Shown: one piece after another, positions 9,138-19,453 of the stretch
How positions within the stretch are numbered: position 1 is the stretch's first letter
How the letters are laid out: each line of letters begins with the position of its first letter
NCBI GenBank assembly: GCA_005878515.1
Contig: VBLZ01000097.1
Location: forward strand, 7,634 to 71,633
Source: Methanobacteriota archaeon
GTDB taxonomy: Archaea; Thermoplasmatota; Thermoplasmata; RBG-16-68-12
Length of the DNA: 64,000 bases
Direction: 5' to 3'
Notes under the pieces: generated by a model
Databases searched by the model: none
What the model was told of the DNA's origin: nothing
The model's input: the letters and a program-made list of their open reading frames with translations, nothing else
Made by a program: the position numbers and the translations under genes

Positions 9138-10475
9138 ATGCAGGCGATTCGAGCAGAACCGACCGGGGCGAGCGACGTGAAAATCCTCCTCGACGTGGAC
9201 GACCTGCCGCGGGCCTGGTACAACATCCTCCCGGACCTCCCCGCGCCCTTCCCGCCGTACCTCCACCCGGGGACGAAGGAGCCGGTGCCGCCGCAGGCGT
9301 TCGAGCCGCTATTCCCAAAGGAGCTCATCCGCCAGGAGATGAGTCCGAACCGGGCCGAGCCGATTCCGGACGAGCTTCGGGAAGCGTACTTCCGCCTGGG
9401 CCGGCCGACGCCGCTGTACCGAGCGAAACGGCTCGAGGCGTTCCTCAAGACGACGGCACGGATTTACTACAAGCGGGAGGACCTCTCGCCGGTCGGCTCG
9501 CACAAGCCCAACACCGCGTTCGCCCAAGCCTTCTTCGCCGCCCGGGAAGGGGTCGAGGCCCTCGCCACGGAGACCGGTGCGGGTCAATGGGGATCCGCCC
9601 TCGCGCTCGCGACGAACTACTTCGGACTGAAGGCGAAGGTGTTCATGGTGCGCGTTTCGTACGACCAAAAACCGTACCGCAAGTACGTCATGAACCTGTA
9701 CGGAGCCGACGTCATCCCGAGTCCGAGCGATCAGACGAACGTCGGGAAGAAGTTCCTGGCGCAAGACCCGGACCATCCGGGGTCCCTCGGGATCGCAATC
9801 TCCGAAGCGATCGAGGCCGCGGTCACCGGGAAGAACACGAAGTATTCGCTGGGCAGCGTCCTGAACCACGTCCTGATGCACCAGACGATCATCGGCCTCG
9901 AGGTGCAGAAGCAGTTCGAGCTGGCGGACATCACGCCCGACTTCATGGTCGGCAGCGTCGGCGGGGGCTCGAACTTCGCGGGCTTCACATATCCGATGAT
10001 CGGCGAGCGGATCCACGGCAACGTCGAGACGCGGTTCGTCGCGGTCGAACCGGAATCGGTCCCCTCGATGACGCAAGGCCGTTACGAATACGACTTCGGA
10101 GACACGGGGGAGATGACGCCGCTCGTGAAGATGCACACCCTGGGCCATACGTTCGTCCCGCCGCGGATCCACGCGGGCGGCCTGCGGTACCACGGGACCG
10201 CCGCGACCCTTAGCGTCCTGCTGGACTCGGGGCTGGTCGAGCCGCGCGCGGTGGGCCAGCTCGGGACGTTCCAGGCGGGCGAAATCTTCGCGAAGACCGA
10301 AGGGCTGATCCCGGCCCCGGAGACGTGCCATGCGATTCGCGGCGCGATCGACCTCGCGCTCGAGGCGAAGGAGCGGCACGAGGAGACCGTCATTGCCTTC
10401 AACTACAGCGGCCACGGCCTGCTGGACCTCGAAGGCTACCGCCAGTTCATGGAGGGCAACCTGAAGAACAACTGA
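9138..10475 (+). CDS. trpB2: Tryptophan synthase beta chain 2 (TrpB2)
   Basis: [42 protein letters not shown]; GGTGA SD before ATG 9138. Confidence 0.95.
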   Translation: MQAIRAEPTGASDVKILLDVDDLPRAWYNILPDLPAPFPPYLHPGTKEPVPPQAFEPLFPKELIRQEMSPNRAEPIPDELREAYFRLGRPTPLYRAKRLEAFLKTTARIYYKREDLSPVGSHKPNTAFAQAFFAAREGVEALATETGAGQWGSALALATNYFGLKAKVFMVRVSYDQKPYRKYVMNLYGADVIPSPSDQTNVGKKFLAQDPDHPGSLGIAISEAIEAAVTGKNTKYSLGSVLNHVLMHQTIIGLEVQKQFELADITPDFMVGSVGGGSNFAGFTYPMIGERIHGNVETRFVAVEPESVPSMTQGRYEYDFGDTGEMTPLVKMHTLGHTFVPPRIHAGGLRYHGTAATLSVLLDSGLVEPRAVGQLGTFQAGEIFAKTEGLIPAPETCHAIRGAIDLALEAKERHEETVIAFNYSGHGLLDLEGYRQFMEGNLKNN

Positions 10476-10513
10476 ACACCGGAAGTAAGTCGGCTCCATC
10501 GCCTGGCGCCAAC

Positions 10514-10530
10514 TCTTCCTTTTTTTCCTC
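10514..10530 (+). terminator. Pyrimidine/oligo-T archaeal terminator candidate
   Basis: TCTTCCTTTTTTTCCTC downstream of trpB2. Confidence 0.5.
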
Positions 10531-10608
10531 AATGCGGAAAGTCATCAATGGCGCCAGGTCCCAATCCACTCGAGTCAAAGACATGAGCCGCCAACGCCAT
10601 CCGCCGTC

Positions 10609-12540
10609 GTGGACGTCGGAGTGGATGTCGGCGGCACCTTCACCGACTTCGTTGGGTTTCGTGGCCGCGACGTCGTGACGAGAAAGTTGCCGAGCACGAC
10701 CAATCCCGAGCAAGCGGTCATCGAGGGAATGCAGGACCTGGGCGCGGCGGGCATGGCCCATGGCACCACGGTTGCGACGAACGCGATCCTGGAGCGGGAA
10801 GGAGCCCGCACGGCATTCGTGACGACCGCCGGTTTCGAGCATCTTCTCCTGATCGGCCGTCAGAATCGGCCTTCCCTTTACGACCTCCGAATCACCCGGC
10901 CTCCGCCTGCCATCCCGAGGGAGCGATGCTTTGGGCTCGCGGAACGGGTGGACGCGCACGGACGGGTCCTCCGAGTCCCGACGGACCGCGACTTGGAGGA
11001 GCTGGCTCGAAAAGTTCGATCAAGTGGGGCCGAGTCGGTCGCAGTCTCCCTCCTCTTCTCGTTCCTCCATCCGGCGCACGAGCGACGCGTTGCGAAAGCG
11101 CTCGCCGGCCTGTCAGTTTCCACGAGTCACGAGGTGCTCGCCGAGTTTCGCGAATTCGAGCGATCGTCGACCACGGCCCTCGACGCCTACGTGAAACCAC
11201 TCGTCATTCGATACCTCCAATCCCTCGAGAAGGCCGTCCGCGGCGAGTTCCACGTAATGAAATCATCCGGCGGGGTGGTCTCCCATCGAGCCATTGTGCG
11301 CCGACCTGTCGACATGATCCTGAGCGGACCGGCGGGCGGAGTCGCGGCAGCGGTCGCGGTGGCTCGGGCGACCGGCCAGGGAAATCTTCTGACGTTCGAC
11401 ATGGGTGGCACGAGCGCGGACTTCTCGACAATCGTCCGCGGTGCTGCCAGTTGGACGACCGAGGCCATGATCGACGCGTTCCCGCTCGCGATTCCCGTCA
11501 TTGACATCGAGTCGGTCGGAGCGGGCGGTGGGAGCATCGCCTGGATCGATGCCGGCCGCGCCTTGCGGGTCGGGCCGCAGAGCGCGGGCGCGACACCCGG
11601 CCCGATTGCCTATGGAAACGGGGGCACGTCGGTGACCGTCTCCGATGTCGATTTGGCCGGAGGCTCGCTCGGACCGCATCTGCTCGGGGGCCGCCTTCCG
11701 CTGCGGGAAGATCTCGCCGCGAAAGGGATCGCGCGTCTTGCGGACGAGTTGCATCTCTCCTCCGACGAAACGATCCTCGGAGTACAACACGTCGTCCGCG
11801 CGACCATGGCGAAGGCGATGCGCATCATCTTGGCCCGGCGCGGACTCGACCCTCGGGACTTTGCGCTCCTCGCATTCGGCGGGGCCGGTCCGATGCACGC
11901 GGCAGCTTTGGCACGAGAACTCCGGATTCCTCGCATCCTGGTGCCCTTCCTCCCGGGAGCCTTTTCCGCGTACGGGATCCTGATCTCGCCGATCCAGCTG
12001 GAATATAGCCGGACCGTCGTCCGACCCTTAGACCGTGCAGGGCCTACAATCGGGGAAACGGTCACGGCATTCCGGTCTCGGGCCGTCCGGGCGCTACGCC
12101 AAGAACACCACGATTCCCTCCAGGCGGTGGTCGAGGCGAGCCTCGACCTTCGGTACCAGGGACAGAGCTACGAGATCAACGTCCCGGTTCGCGGCGATCT
12201 CGCGCGCACATTCCGGAGGGAGCACCGCCGGCGGTACGGATATGCCTCGCGGGAAGAACGGATCGAACTCGTCACCGTGCGTCTGAAGGTTCGGGTCCCG
12301 CGCCGCGTCACCTTCCCGCGGTCGCAGGGGGTTGGGCCGCCGAGGATCGCCCGTCGGCGGGTCTTGTTCGATGACGGATGGTCGGAGGTCTCCGTGTTCG
12401 ACCGCGAATCGATCCCCGTTGGGTTCGAACAGACGGGTCCCGCGATTGTCGCGGAGGACCACGCGACGACCGTAGTGCCGCCGGGAGCGACATTCCGCAT
12501 TCGTCCTCGCGGGCTCATCGAGATCGAGGTGGCGCCGTGA
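10609..12540 (+). CDS. Hydantoinase/5-oxoprolinase subunit A
   Basis: DVGGTFTD, HGTTVATN, SGPAGG, DMGGTS, GAGGGS, FGGAGP. Confidence 0.93.
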   Translation: MDVGVDVGGTFTDFVGFRGRDVVTRKLPSTTNPEQAVIEGMQDLGAAGMAHGTTVATNAILEREGARTAFVTTAGFEHLLLIGRQNRPSLYDLRITRPPPAIPRERCFGLAERVDAHGRVLRVPTDRDLEELARKVRSSGAESVAVSLLFSFLHPAHERRVAKALAGLSVSTSHEVLAEFREFERSSTTALDAYVKPLVIRYLQSLEKAVRGEFHVMKSSGGVVSHRAIVRRPVDMILSGPAGGVAAAVAVARATGQGNLLTFDMGGTSADFSTIVRGAASWTTEAMIDAFPLAIPVIDIESVGAGGGSIAWIDAGRALRVGPQSAGATPGPIAYGNGGTSVTVSDVDLAGGSLGPHLLGGRLPLREDLAAKGIARLADELHLSSDETILGVQHVVRATMAKAMRIILARRGLDPRDFALLAFGGAGPMHAAALARELRIPRILVPFLPGAFSAYGILISPIQLEYSRTVVRPLDRAGPTIGETVTAFRSRAVRALRQEHHDSLQAVVEASLDLRYQGQSYEINVPVRGDLARTFRREHRRRYGYASREERIELVTVRLKVRVPRRVTFPRSQGVGPPRIARRRVLFDDGWSEVSVFDRESIPVGFEQTGPAIVAEDHATTVVPPGATFRIRPRGLIEIEVAP

Positions 12541-14111
12541 ACCCGGCGGATCTGGAGATCCTGCAGACCGGGTTGTCGTTCATCCCGGAGGAGATGGGAG
12601 TCGCGCTTCGCCGGACCGCGTACTCCCCGAACATCAAGGAACGAATGGATGCGAGCTGTGCGCTCTTCGACGCCGAGGGACGCATCGTGGCCCAGGCGGA
12701 GCACATCCCGGTCCACCTCGGTTCGATGCCCGTCGCGGTCGACGCCGCGATGCGGGATTTCCCGGGAACCCTCCGAGAAGGAGATCAGATCATCCTGAAC
12801 GATCCGTACCGGGGCGGCACGCACCTCCCGGACGTCACGCTCATCCGACCCGTGTTCGTGCGCCAGCTGATCATCGGATTCGCGGTGAACCGCGCGCATC
12901 ACGCCGACATCGGCGGAAGAGTGCCGGGCTCGATGCCAGCGACCGCGATGCGCCTCGAAGACGAAGGACTGGTCTTGGAGCCGCAGAAGGTCATGGACCG
13001 CGGACGGGAGCGGCAGGCGGTCGTCGAGCGATTCCGCCAGGAGACCATGTATCCCGCGGAGAGACTGGGCGACCTCCGGGCACAGATCGCGGCGAATGAG
13101 CTGGGAGCTCGCCGCCTCGTCGAACTCGCGGAACGCATCGGTGTCGCGAATCTCCGGACCTCGATCGAGGAGCTCCTCGACTATGGGGAGCGGCGGGTGC
13201 GCGCGTCGATTGGCGAGCTGCCTCGCGGGACCTGGTCCGCCGAGGACTTCATGGAAGGCGCCTCGCCGGACGAGCCCGATCGAATCCGGATCCGTGCGGA
13301 GATCACGATTGGCGGATCCGGCATCGCGGTGGACTTCGAGGGAACCGATCGGCAAGTCGCCGGGAACCTGAACGCTCCATTCGCCGTGACGCTGAGCGCC
13401 ACCTCGTACGTGATGCGCTGCCTGACGGATCCGGACGCGCCGCGAAACGCGGGAGCGCTCCGTCCTCTGCGGGTCTTGGCGAAGGAAGGGAGCTTGGTGA
13501 GGCCGCGCCCTCCCGCCGCCGTGGCCGCGGGGAACGTCGAGACCTCGCAACGAATCGTGGACGTCCTGTTCCTCGCGCTGTCGGAGCCGCTCGCCGAAAC
13601 GGTCCCCGCCCAAAGCCAAGGCACGATGAACAACGTGACGATCGGAGGACCCGATCCTCGACCGTTCTCGTACTACGAGACGATCGCGGGTGGCGAGGGC
13701 GCGCTCCCGTACCGCCCGGGGATGGCGGGCGTCCATACGCACATGACGAACACACGCAACACACCGATCGAAGCCCTCGAGTTCGCCTACCCGCTTCGCA
13801 TCGAGGAGTATCGGCTCATCCCAGGGACCGGCGGCCGAGGCCAGCATTCCGGCGGCGACGGCATTCGCCGTTCGGTTCGACTCCTCGCGCGCAAAGGCAC
13901 CGCCTCGATCCTCTCGGAACGTCGTGCCCTTCGGCCGAAAGGTCTCGAAGGCGGAGATGATGGCCGCCCCGGGAAGAACCTGCTCGTGCGGAGGGGCCGG
14001 CGTCACGGGTTGCCCGCGAAGGTGACGCTCGAACTTCGGCTTGGCGACCTGCTCGTGATCGAGACCCCCGGAGGCGGAGGATGGGGACCGCCGGAGCGCC
14101 GACGTCGTTGA
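12537..14111 (+). CDS. Hydantoinase/5-oxoprolinase subunit B
   Basis: SPNIKERMD, HIPVHLG, NDPYRGGTHLPD, HHAD, ETPGGGGWG; GTG overlaps the subunit A stop. Confidence 0.93.
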   Translation: MNPADLEILQTGLSFIPEEMGVALRRTAYSPNIKERMDASCALFDAEGRIVAQAEHIPVHLGSMPVAVDAAMRDFPGTLREGDQIILNDPYRGGTHLPDVTLIRPVFVRQLIIGFAVNRAHHADIGGRVPGSMPATAMRLEDEGLVLEPQKVMDRGRERQAVVERFRQETMYPAERLGDLRAQIAANELGARRLVELAERIGVANLRTSIEELLDYGERRVRASIGELPRGTWSAEDFMEGASPDEPDRIRIRAEITIGGSGIAVDFEGTDRQVAGNLNAPFAVTLSATSYVMRCLTDPDAPRNAGALRPLRVLAKEGSLVRPRPPAAVAAGNVETSQRIVDVLFLALSEPLAETVPAQSQGTMNNVTIGGPDPRPFSYYETIAGGEGALPYRPGMAGVHTHMTNTRNTPIEALEFAYPLRIEEYRLIPGTGGRGQHSGGDGIRRSVRLLARKGTASILSERRALRPKGLEGGDDGRPGKNLLVRRGRRHGLPAKVTLELRLGDLLVIETPGGGGWGPPERRRR

Positions 14112-14165
14112 GTGTAGCCTACGTGCACCGGACACGTAGACCTGAATGCGCGCAGATTTCCCGTC

Positions 14166-15497
14166 GTGACCCCGTTCGGTTTCGTCGCGGGCTTTCTCAT
14201 CCTGACAGTCCTCGGCCTCCTGGCGGGTGCGTTGACGGGACTGTCGCCCGGACTTCACGTCAACAACGTGGCGGCCCTCGTCCTGGCAACACAGGCCGCG
14301 TGGACGAGCTTCGTTGCGACCCTCGTCCCGGACGTCGCGTCCGAGCCGGAGACGATGGGCCTTCTGCTGTCCTGTTTCCTCCTCGCGGCCGCGGGGAGCC
14401 ACGCGGTCTTCGACTTCATCCCGGCCGTGTTCCTCGGGGCGCCGACGGAAGATACGGCTCTCGCCACCCTTCCCGGGCACCGTCTCCTCCTGGTGGGCCA
14501 GGGTGCGAAAGCGGTCGCGCTCGCCGCCCGCGGCGCATTGCTGGGGACCGCGTTCGCGGTCGTCGCCCTGGTCCCACTGCGGTTCCTCCTGGCAGATCCG
14601 GTTCATCTCGCGGACCTCTTCCGACCGTGGGCCCCGGCGTTCCTGGTGTTCGTCCTGGCGGCCGTCCTCGCTTCCGAATCGCGCGGACGGAACCGCGTCC
14701 GCCGGTTGGCTCGGGCTGTGTGGGTCCAGGCACTGGCCGCCGGCCTCGGGATCGCGGTCCTCCGAGGGCCGGGCCTCGTCGCTCCTGACGCGGTCCTCTT
14801 CCCGCTCTTTTCCGGACTCTTCGGCATTCCGAGTCTGCTCCTCGGGCTGCGCGCTCGGCCCGGTTCGATTCCATACCAACGGGTGGAACCGCTCCGAGCC
14901 TTGTCCACGGAGGATGCGCGGAGCGCCCTACGGGGCACTCTCGCCGGAGCGAGCGTGTCGTGGCTTCCTGGCCTGAGCGGCGGAGCGGCCGCGACCCTTG
15001 CATCGGTCGGCACACGGAAGACCGTCGGACCGAGTCAGTTCATGGTTGTGATGGGCGCGGTCTCCACGTCCACCGCGCTTCTCAGTGTCGCCGTCCTCTT
15101 CATGATTCACCGGGCCCGCAGCGGGGCCGCCGCCGCGGTCCGCGGACTGAGCGGAGATCTTCCCCCGTGGCCGTCCGTGTGGGCGACCCCGACGTCGCTG
15201 ATCCTCCTCGTCGCCTCGGCCGTCCTGGCGACGGCGATGGCGGCGCCGCTCGCCGCCCACCTCGGCCGCGGCGTTGCGCGTCGCTGGTCGAGTTCGAATC
15301 CGCGGAGGATCGCCGCGTTGTCGCTCCTCGCGGTCCTGATCCTCCTCGTGATCGCGACCGGTCCGGTCGGCATTGGGCTGGCCTGCCTCGCGGCGGTCGT
15401 CGGCCTCGTACCGATCGCGCTCCGGGTTCGTCGGGTGCACTTGATGGCGTCGCTCTTGGTCCCGGTCCTCTTGACCTATCTCGGTTCCGCGGCCTGA
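14166..15497 (+). CDS. TctA-family (archaeal COG1784) membrane protein
   Basis: GLSPGLHVN, FIPAVFLGAP, LPGHRLLLVG, WLPGLS. Confidence 0.85.
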   Translation: MTPFGFVAGFLILTVLGLLAGALTGLSPGLHVNNVAALVLATQAAWTSFVATLVPDVASEPETMGLLLSCFLLAAAGSHAVFDFIPAVFLGAPTEDTALATLPGHRLLLVGQGAKAVALAARGALLGTAFAVVALVPLRFLLADPVHLADLFRPWAPAFLVFVLAAVLASESRGRNRVRRLARAVWVQALAAGLGIAVLRGPGLVAPDAVLFPLFSGLFGIPSLLLGLRARPGSIPYQRVEPLRALSTEDARSALRGTLAGASVSWLPGLSGGAAATLASVGTRKTVGPSQFMVVMGAVSTSTALLSVAVLFMIHRARSGAAAAVRGLSGDLPPWPSVWATPTSLILLVASAVLATAMAAPLAAHLGRGVARRWSSSNPRRIAALSLLAVLILLVIATGPVGIGLACLAAVVGLVPIALRVRRVHLMASLLVPVLLTYLGSAA

Positions 15498-15524
15498 GGA
15501 AAGGATAATGCCTTCGCTGCCGCA

Positions 15525-16373
15525 TTGAGCACCGGCGTGGCTGCGTCGAGGAAAATGTCAAGCGCGGGATCACCGAACGTCCTTGGCAAGCTCTCGTACG
15601 TCCTCGCGAGCCGCCAGCGTGAGAAAGTCCTCGCGGCCGTGGTCCCGCGCCCGCAGACACCCGGGCAAATTGCGAAGCAGACGGGCCTTCATCTGTCCCA
15701 CGTGAGCCGCACGCTGGGGGAGTTGTCGCGGACCGATCTCATCACGTGCCTATCCGGCGAACGCCGCGGGAAGTTGTACGCCGCCTCGAATCTCGGCCAC
15801 GCCGTGTTCGCGGAGCTCGCGGACTCGCGCGGAGATCGACTCATCTCCCCGATGGCCCGGGGCAGTCACTTCCACAACTACCACCACTGGATCGCGGTCC
15901 ATCATGGAAAGGCGGCCGCGGACGAGGTGCTCATCGAGATCGGCCTGGATCCGGCGCACCTCGATGCGGAAGAATGGTATCCCCTGCGTGCGGCGCTCGA
16001 CGTGCTCGACCAGATCGAGGCCCGGTTCGGAGACGGCACGTACGATACCATTCGTCGGATGGCCCGCGAAGAAGTGGGGAACTTCCCTTCCGTCCGGCGG
16101 CTCGTCCGCCGCGGGCTCCCGTTCCCGATTTTCCTGGAGCTCTCTCCGAACGCCTATGCGAGGGAGTACAACCACGGCCGGCTCGAGGTGGATGTCCAAG
16201 AACGCCGGGCGGTGATGCGCAACTACGACTGGATGAGCAGCCCAGCGCGGTGCGCCGCCCGGCTCGGGGGGTACGAGGGGACGCTCACCCTGCTCGCAAT
16301 GAACGGGACCGTCACGAAGGTCGCATGCATGTTGCGCGGAGCCCCGTACTGCGGCTATCGGATCGACTGGTGA
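15525..16373 (+). CDS. Winged-HTH regulator with C-terminal V4R/H-NOX-like domain
   Basis: TPGQIAKQTGLHLSHVSRTLGEL HTH; C-terminal EWYP...C...G..EG...CMLRGAPYCGYRIDW. Confidence 0.75.
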   Translation: MSTGVAASRKMSSAGSPNVLGKLSYVLASRQREKVLAAVVPRPQTPGQIAKQTGLHLSHVSRTLGELSRTDLITCLSGERRGKLYAASNLGHAVFAELADSRGDRLISPMARGSHFHNYHHWIAVHHGKAAADEVLIEIGLDPAHLDAEEWYPLRAALDVLDQIEARFGDGTYDTIRRMAREEVGNFPSVRRLVRRGLPFPIFLELSPNAYAREYNHGRLEVDVQERRAVMRNYDWMSSPARCAARLGGYEGTLTLLAMNGTVTKVACMLRGAPYCGYRIDW

Positions 16374-16546
16374 GCGTCGGCCGGCATGACCCGAACGGAA
16401 CATCGTCTGGTATCTAACTGGTAATTGGCATTATCCCCTACGATGCGCTCCGGGCAAGAGGCAGGGATCCAGGGAAGCGACATCCTCGTTCGGAGGGATG
16501 CCTGCCGGTGCCCGTCCTCGCGGGGAGTCGTGGACGGGTCCCTTTC

Positions 16547-17095
16547 TTACGGTTCCTCGTGATTCTCGCGGGTCCCGTACGGGGTCGAGTACTTGTGCGT
16601 CTCCCGGATCCGTTCGACGCCGTCGATCTCCTTGACATACTCGGCGACCACGGCCGGGACGAGGGATTCCCAGTCGCCTCCTTTCAACATTCGCTGGCGG
16701 ACGACGGTCCCGGAGAGCCGCTCGCGGTCCAACAGGGGGGGCGAGAGTACCTTGAGGCCGTGTTCCCGGAACAAGCGCACTACGAGATCCGAATTCGTGT
16801 AGACGCTGTCAAAGCGGGGCACGAGCGAGGTCACGTGGCTCACCCACACACTGTGGACGTGGGTGTCCGGGATCGGCACGATGTGATAGTTGTGGATCCC
16901 CTCCGCGTCGAGGGCCCGTTTGATCATCTCATATCGCTCGCCGGCGGTGAACGGATTCTCCCCGGTGTGGCTGTACTGGGCCGATCCGATCCCCACGATG
17001 ATCTCGTCGTTCGACTCGAGGATCCGCTTCACGGTCGCGAGGTGACCCCGATGGAACGGCTGGAACCGACCGATGAAGAATGCGCGCCCGCTCAC
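16547..17095 (-). CDS. nadM: Nicotinamide-nucleotide adenylyltransferase
   Basis: FIGRFQPFHRGH, GIGSAQYSH, NPFTAGER, LSGT. Confidence 0.95.
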   Translation of the reverse strand: MSGRAFFIGRFQPFHRGHLATVKRILESNDEIIVGIGSAQYSHTGENPFTAGERYEMIKRALDAEGIHNYHIVPIPDTHVHSVWVSHVTSLVPRFDSVYTNSDLVVRLFREHGLKVLSPPLLDRERLSGTVVRQRMLKGGDWESLVPAVVAEYVKEIDGVERIRETHKYSTPYGTRENHEEP

Positions 17096-17247
17096 TCGTC
17101 GTCCTCTCCGAGGAAGTGGTCGATGTACGGGCACTCGATCGTCAAGAACATGCGGCAATGGACGCACATACCGTCGTCGTCCGCAGGTGCGAGGGCGGGG
17201 CTGGATTCATAACAGGGCATCGGTTCGGAGAACTCGGAGGGATCCAT
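17092..17247 (-). CDS. Small acidic Cys-rich protein (51 aa)
   Basis: MDPSEFSEPMPCYE...CVHCRMFLTIECPYIDHFLGEDDE; stop overlaps the nadM start. Confidence 0.6.
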   Translation of the reverse strand: MDPSEFSEPMPCYESSPALAPADDDGMCVHCRMFLTIECPYIDHFLGEDDE

Positions 17248-17275
17248 CGGACCTTCCAACGGTCTCTCCGGAATC

Positions 17276-19261
17276 TCAGTGGGGCACTGCGGTCGGGCCC
17301 GGCTTGTCCGGCGTAATCTTCGGGACCAACGCCACGAGTTTGCTAATGAGCCCGGATTTCTTGGGACCCACGAGCGCCTGTTCCAGGACCTCACTCAGCG
17401 TGTCCACGGGGACGATCTCGATCTTCCCCTGGTAACGATCTTCCAAGAGGACGTCTTTCAAGTTGGCGCGGGGAATGACGACCTTCCGGATCCCCAGTTC
17501 CGCCGCGGCCTCGATCTTCGCGGTCACACCGCCGACCGGGAGGACCTGGCCGCGGACGCTCAGCGAGCCCGTCATCGCGACGGTCTGGTTGACAGGAACC
17601 TCTTCGAGGGCGCTGATGACGGCCGTCGCGACCGAGATCGACGCGCTGTCGCCTTCGGTCCCCTCGCGGGAGCCGACGAACTGGACATGGATGTCGTGGT
17701 TGGAGATGTCCTCGCCGGTGTACTTCTTGATGAGGGCCGAGACGTTCTCGACCGCCTCTTTCGCGATGTCCCCCAGGCGACCCGTGGCAATGATGCGCCC
17801 ACCCTGTTTCGCCTGAGCCGGCGTCACTTCGGCGGCGATGGGCAGGACGATGCCACTGAATTCCGCCATCGAGTTGTCGCCGATGAGGACCGCCAGGCCG
17901 TTGACCATGCCGACGATCGCGCCTTCCGTGATGAACGTCTGATACTCCTTGCCGCGTTCGATCATGCGGTCGGCGACCTGTTGCTCGAGCGACCGCGCGA
18001 TCCGCTTCGCGTTCAGGACATGCTTCGCGGTGACGAGGGGCGTCGACTCTTCTTGGGCGATGTCGCCGGCGACGCGGATGAGCCCTCCGAGTTCGCGGAG
18101 CCGCAGGGTCAACTGACCCCGGCGGCCTGCTCGGCGCTGTGCCTCCCGCAGGATTTCGAGCACCGCGGTCCGGTCGAAGTGCGGAATCTTCCGGTCCTTC
18201 GCGACCTCTTGAGCAACGAACCGCACGAGCTTGAGTCGATTCTCGTCCGAATCGGGCATCGTGCTCTTCATGTAAATCTCGTACCCGTACCCGCGAATCC
18301 GAGAGCGCAATGCCGGGTGCATGCCCTGGACCGCGTCCAGGTTGCCCGCGGCGACGAGGATGAAGTCGCACGGCACGGCTTCCGTCTTCACCATCGCGCC
18401 GGAGGACCGTTCGCTCTGACCGACGATGGAGAACTTCTTCTCCTGCATCGCGGTCAGCAGGCTCTGCTGGCTCTCCATGCGGAGCACGTTGATCTCGTCG
18501 ACGAACAGGACGCCCTTGTGGGCCTTATGAATCGCGCCGGATTCGACGCGCTCGTGCGCCGGCGTCTCGAGCCCGCCACTCTGGAACGGGTCGTGTTTGA
18601 CGTCCCCGAGGAGCGCGCCCGCGTGGCTCCCGGTCGCATCGACGAACGGCGGCATCTCGTCGGGCGTGTGGCTCACGAGGAGCTTCGGGACCATGAGGTT
18701 CTCTTGGCGATGCCCGGTGTACCGCGTGGCGATGTAGATGATCGCCGCCACGAGGATGCCGAACAGGATGATGTTCGGCGCGTCGGGTCGGAACTGCGGC
18801 GTCTCGGATCCCCATTGATACGAGAGGATGACGCTCAAACCGATGATGAAGAAGACGATCGTCATGACCATGGAGGCCTTCTGTTCCCGTCGTTGCATCG
18901 CCTCCGCCTTCTGCGCGTTGACGATTTCGCGTCCCTTCCCGGCGGGCACGACGCGGATCTTGGGCTCGTTCGGATCTTCCGGATTGTGGTAGACGATGAT
19001 GTCTTGGAGGTCGTCGCGCGGCAGCATTTCCGTCATCGACCGGGCGAGCATCGACTTGCCCGTGCCCGGATCGCCGATGAGCATCACATGCCGCTTCTGC
19101 TCGGAGGCCTTCCGGATGACCTCGACGGCTCGCTCTTGACCGATGACCTGGTCGACGAGCCGCTCGGGGATCTTGACCTCCGCCGTGGACCGGAAATCGA
19201 CCTTGTTAATCCACGTATCCACAGGGGGGAGCTCTTCAGGCTCTCCCACCGTCTCCACCAT
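17276..19261 (-). CDS. lonB: Archaeal membrane-anchored Lon protease
   Basis: GDPGTGKS, two-TM insert, GDVKHDPFQSGG, GDSASIS, VGGVTAK. Confidence 0.97.
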   Translation of the reverse strand: MVETVGEPEELPPVDTWINKVDFRSTAEVKIPERLVDQVIGQERAVEVIRKASEQKRHVMLIGDPGTGKSMLARSMTEMLPRDDLQDIIVYHNPEDPNEPKIRVVPAGKGREIVNAQKAEAMQRREQKASMVMTIVFFIIGLSVILSYQWGSETPQFRPDAPNIILFGILVAAIIYIATRYTGHRQENLMVPKLLVSHTPDEMPPFVDATGSHAGALLGDVKHDPFQSGGLETPAHERVESGAIHKAHKGVLFVDEINVLRMESQQSLLTAMQEKKFSIVGQSERSSGAMVKTEAVPCDFILVAAGNLDAVQGMHPALRSRIRGYGYEIYMKSTMPDSDENRLKLVRFVAQEVAKDRKIPHFDRTAVLEILREAQRRAGRRGQLTLRLRELGGLIRVAGDIAQEESTPLVTAKHVLNAKRIARSLEQQVADRMIERGKEYQTFITEGAIVGMVNGLAVLIGDNSMAEFSGIVLPIAAEVTPAQAKQGGRIIATGRLGDIAKEAVENVSALIKKYTGEDISNHDIHVQFVGSREGTEGDSASISVATAVISALEEVPVNQTVAMTGSLSVRGQVLPVGGVTAKIEAAAELGIRKVVIPRANLKDVLLEDRYQGKIEIVPVDTLSEVLEQALVGPKKSGLISKLVALVPKITPDKPGPTAVPH

Positions 19262-19453
19262 CTTCTGACCGGGCCCTCGCGTGGGTCGCTTTCGAATACA
19301 CGACCCTTCTACTTAAACACTTTGACCTTGAAAACCCGAATGAGACTGCGCGGGGCTCGAGTTTCTCCATATGCGAGTCATCGGTCGACACCGCAAATTC
19401 GTCGCAGTTCGATTCTCTCGTGAGGTCGAATGAGTGCGAATCGCAATCGAACG

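Noticed and set aside
12168-14879. 903-aa minus-strand ORF, and similar long ORFs at 5381-6925, 17279-19423 and 43572-45317
   Set aside because: Shadow frames of well-supported genes in high-GC DNA, Arg/Gly-rich with no motifs.
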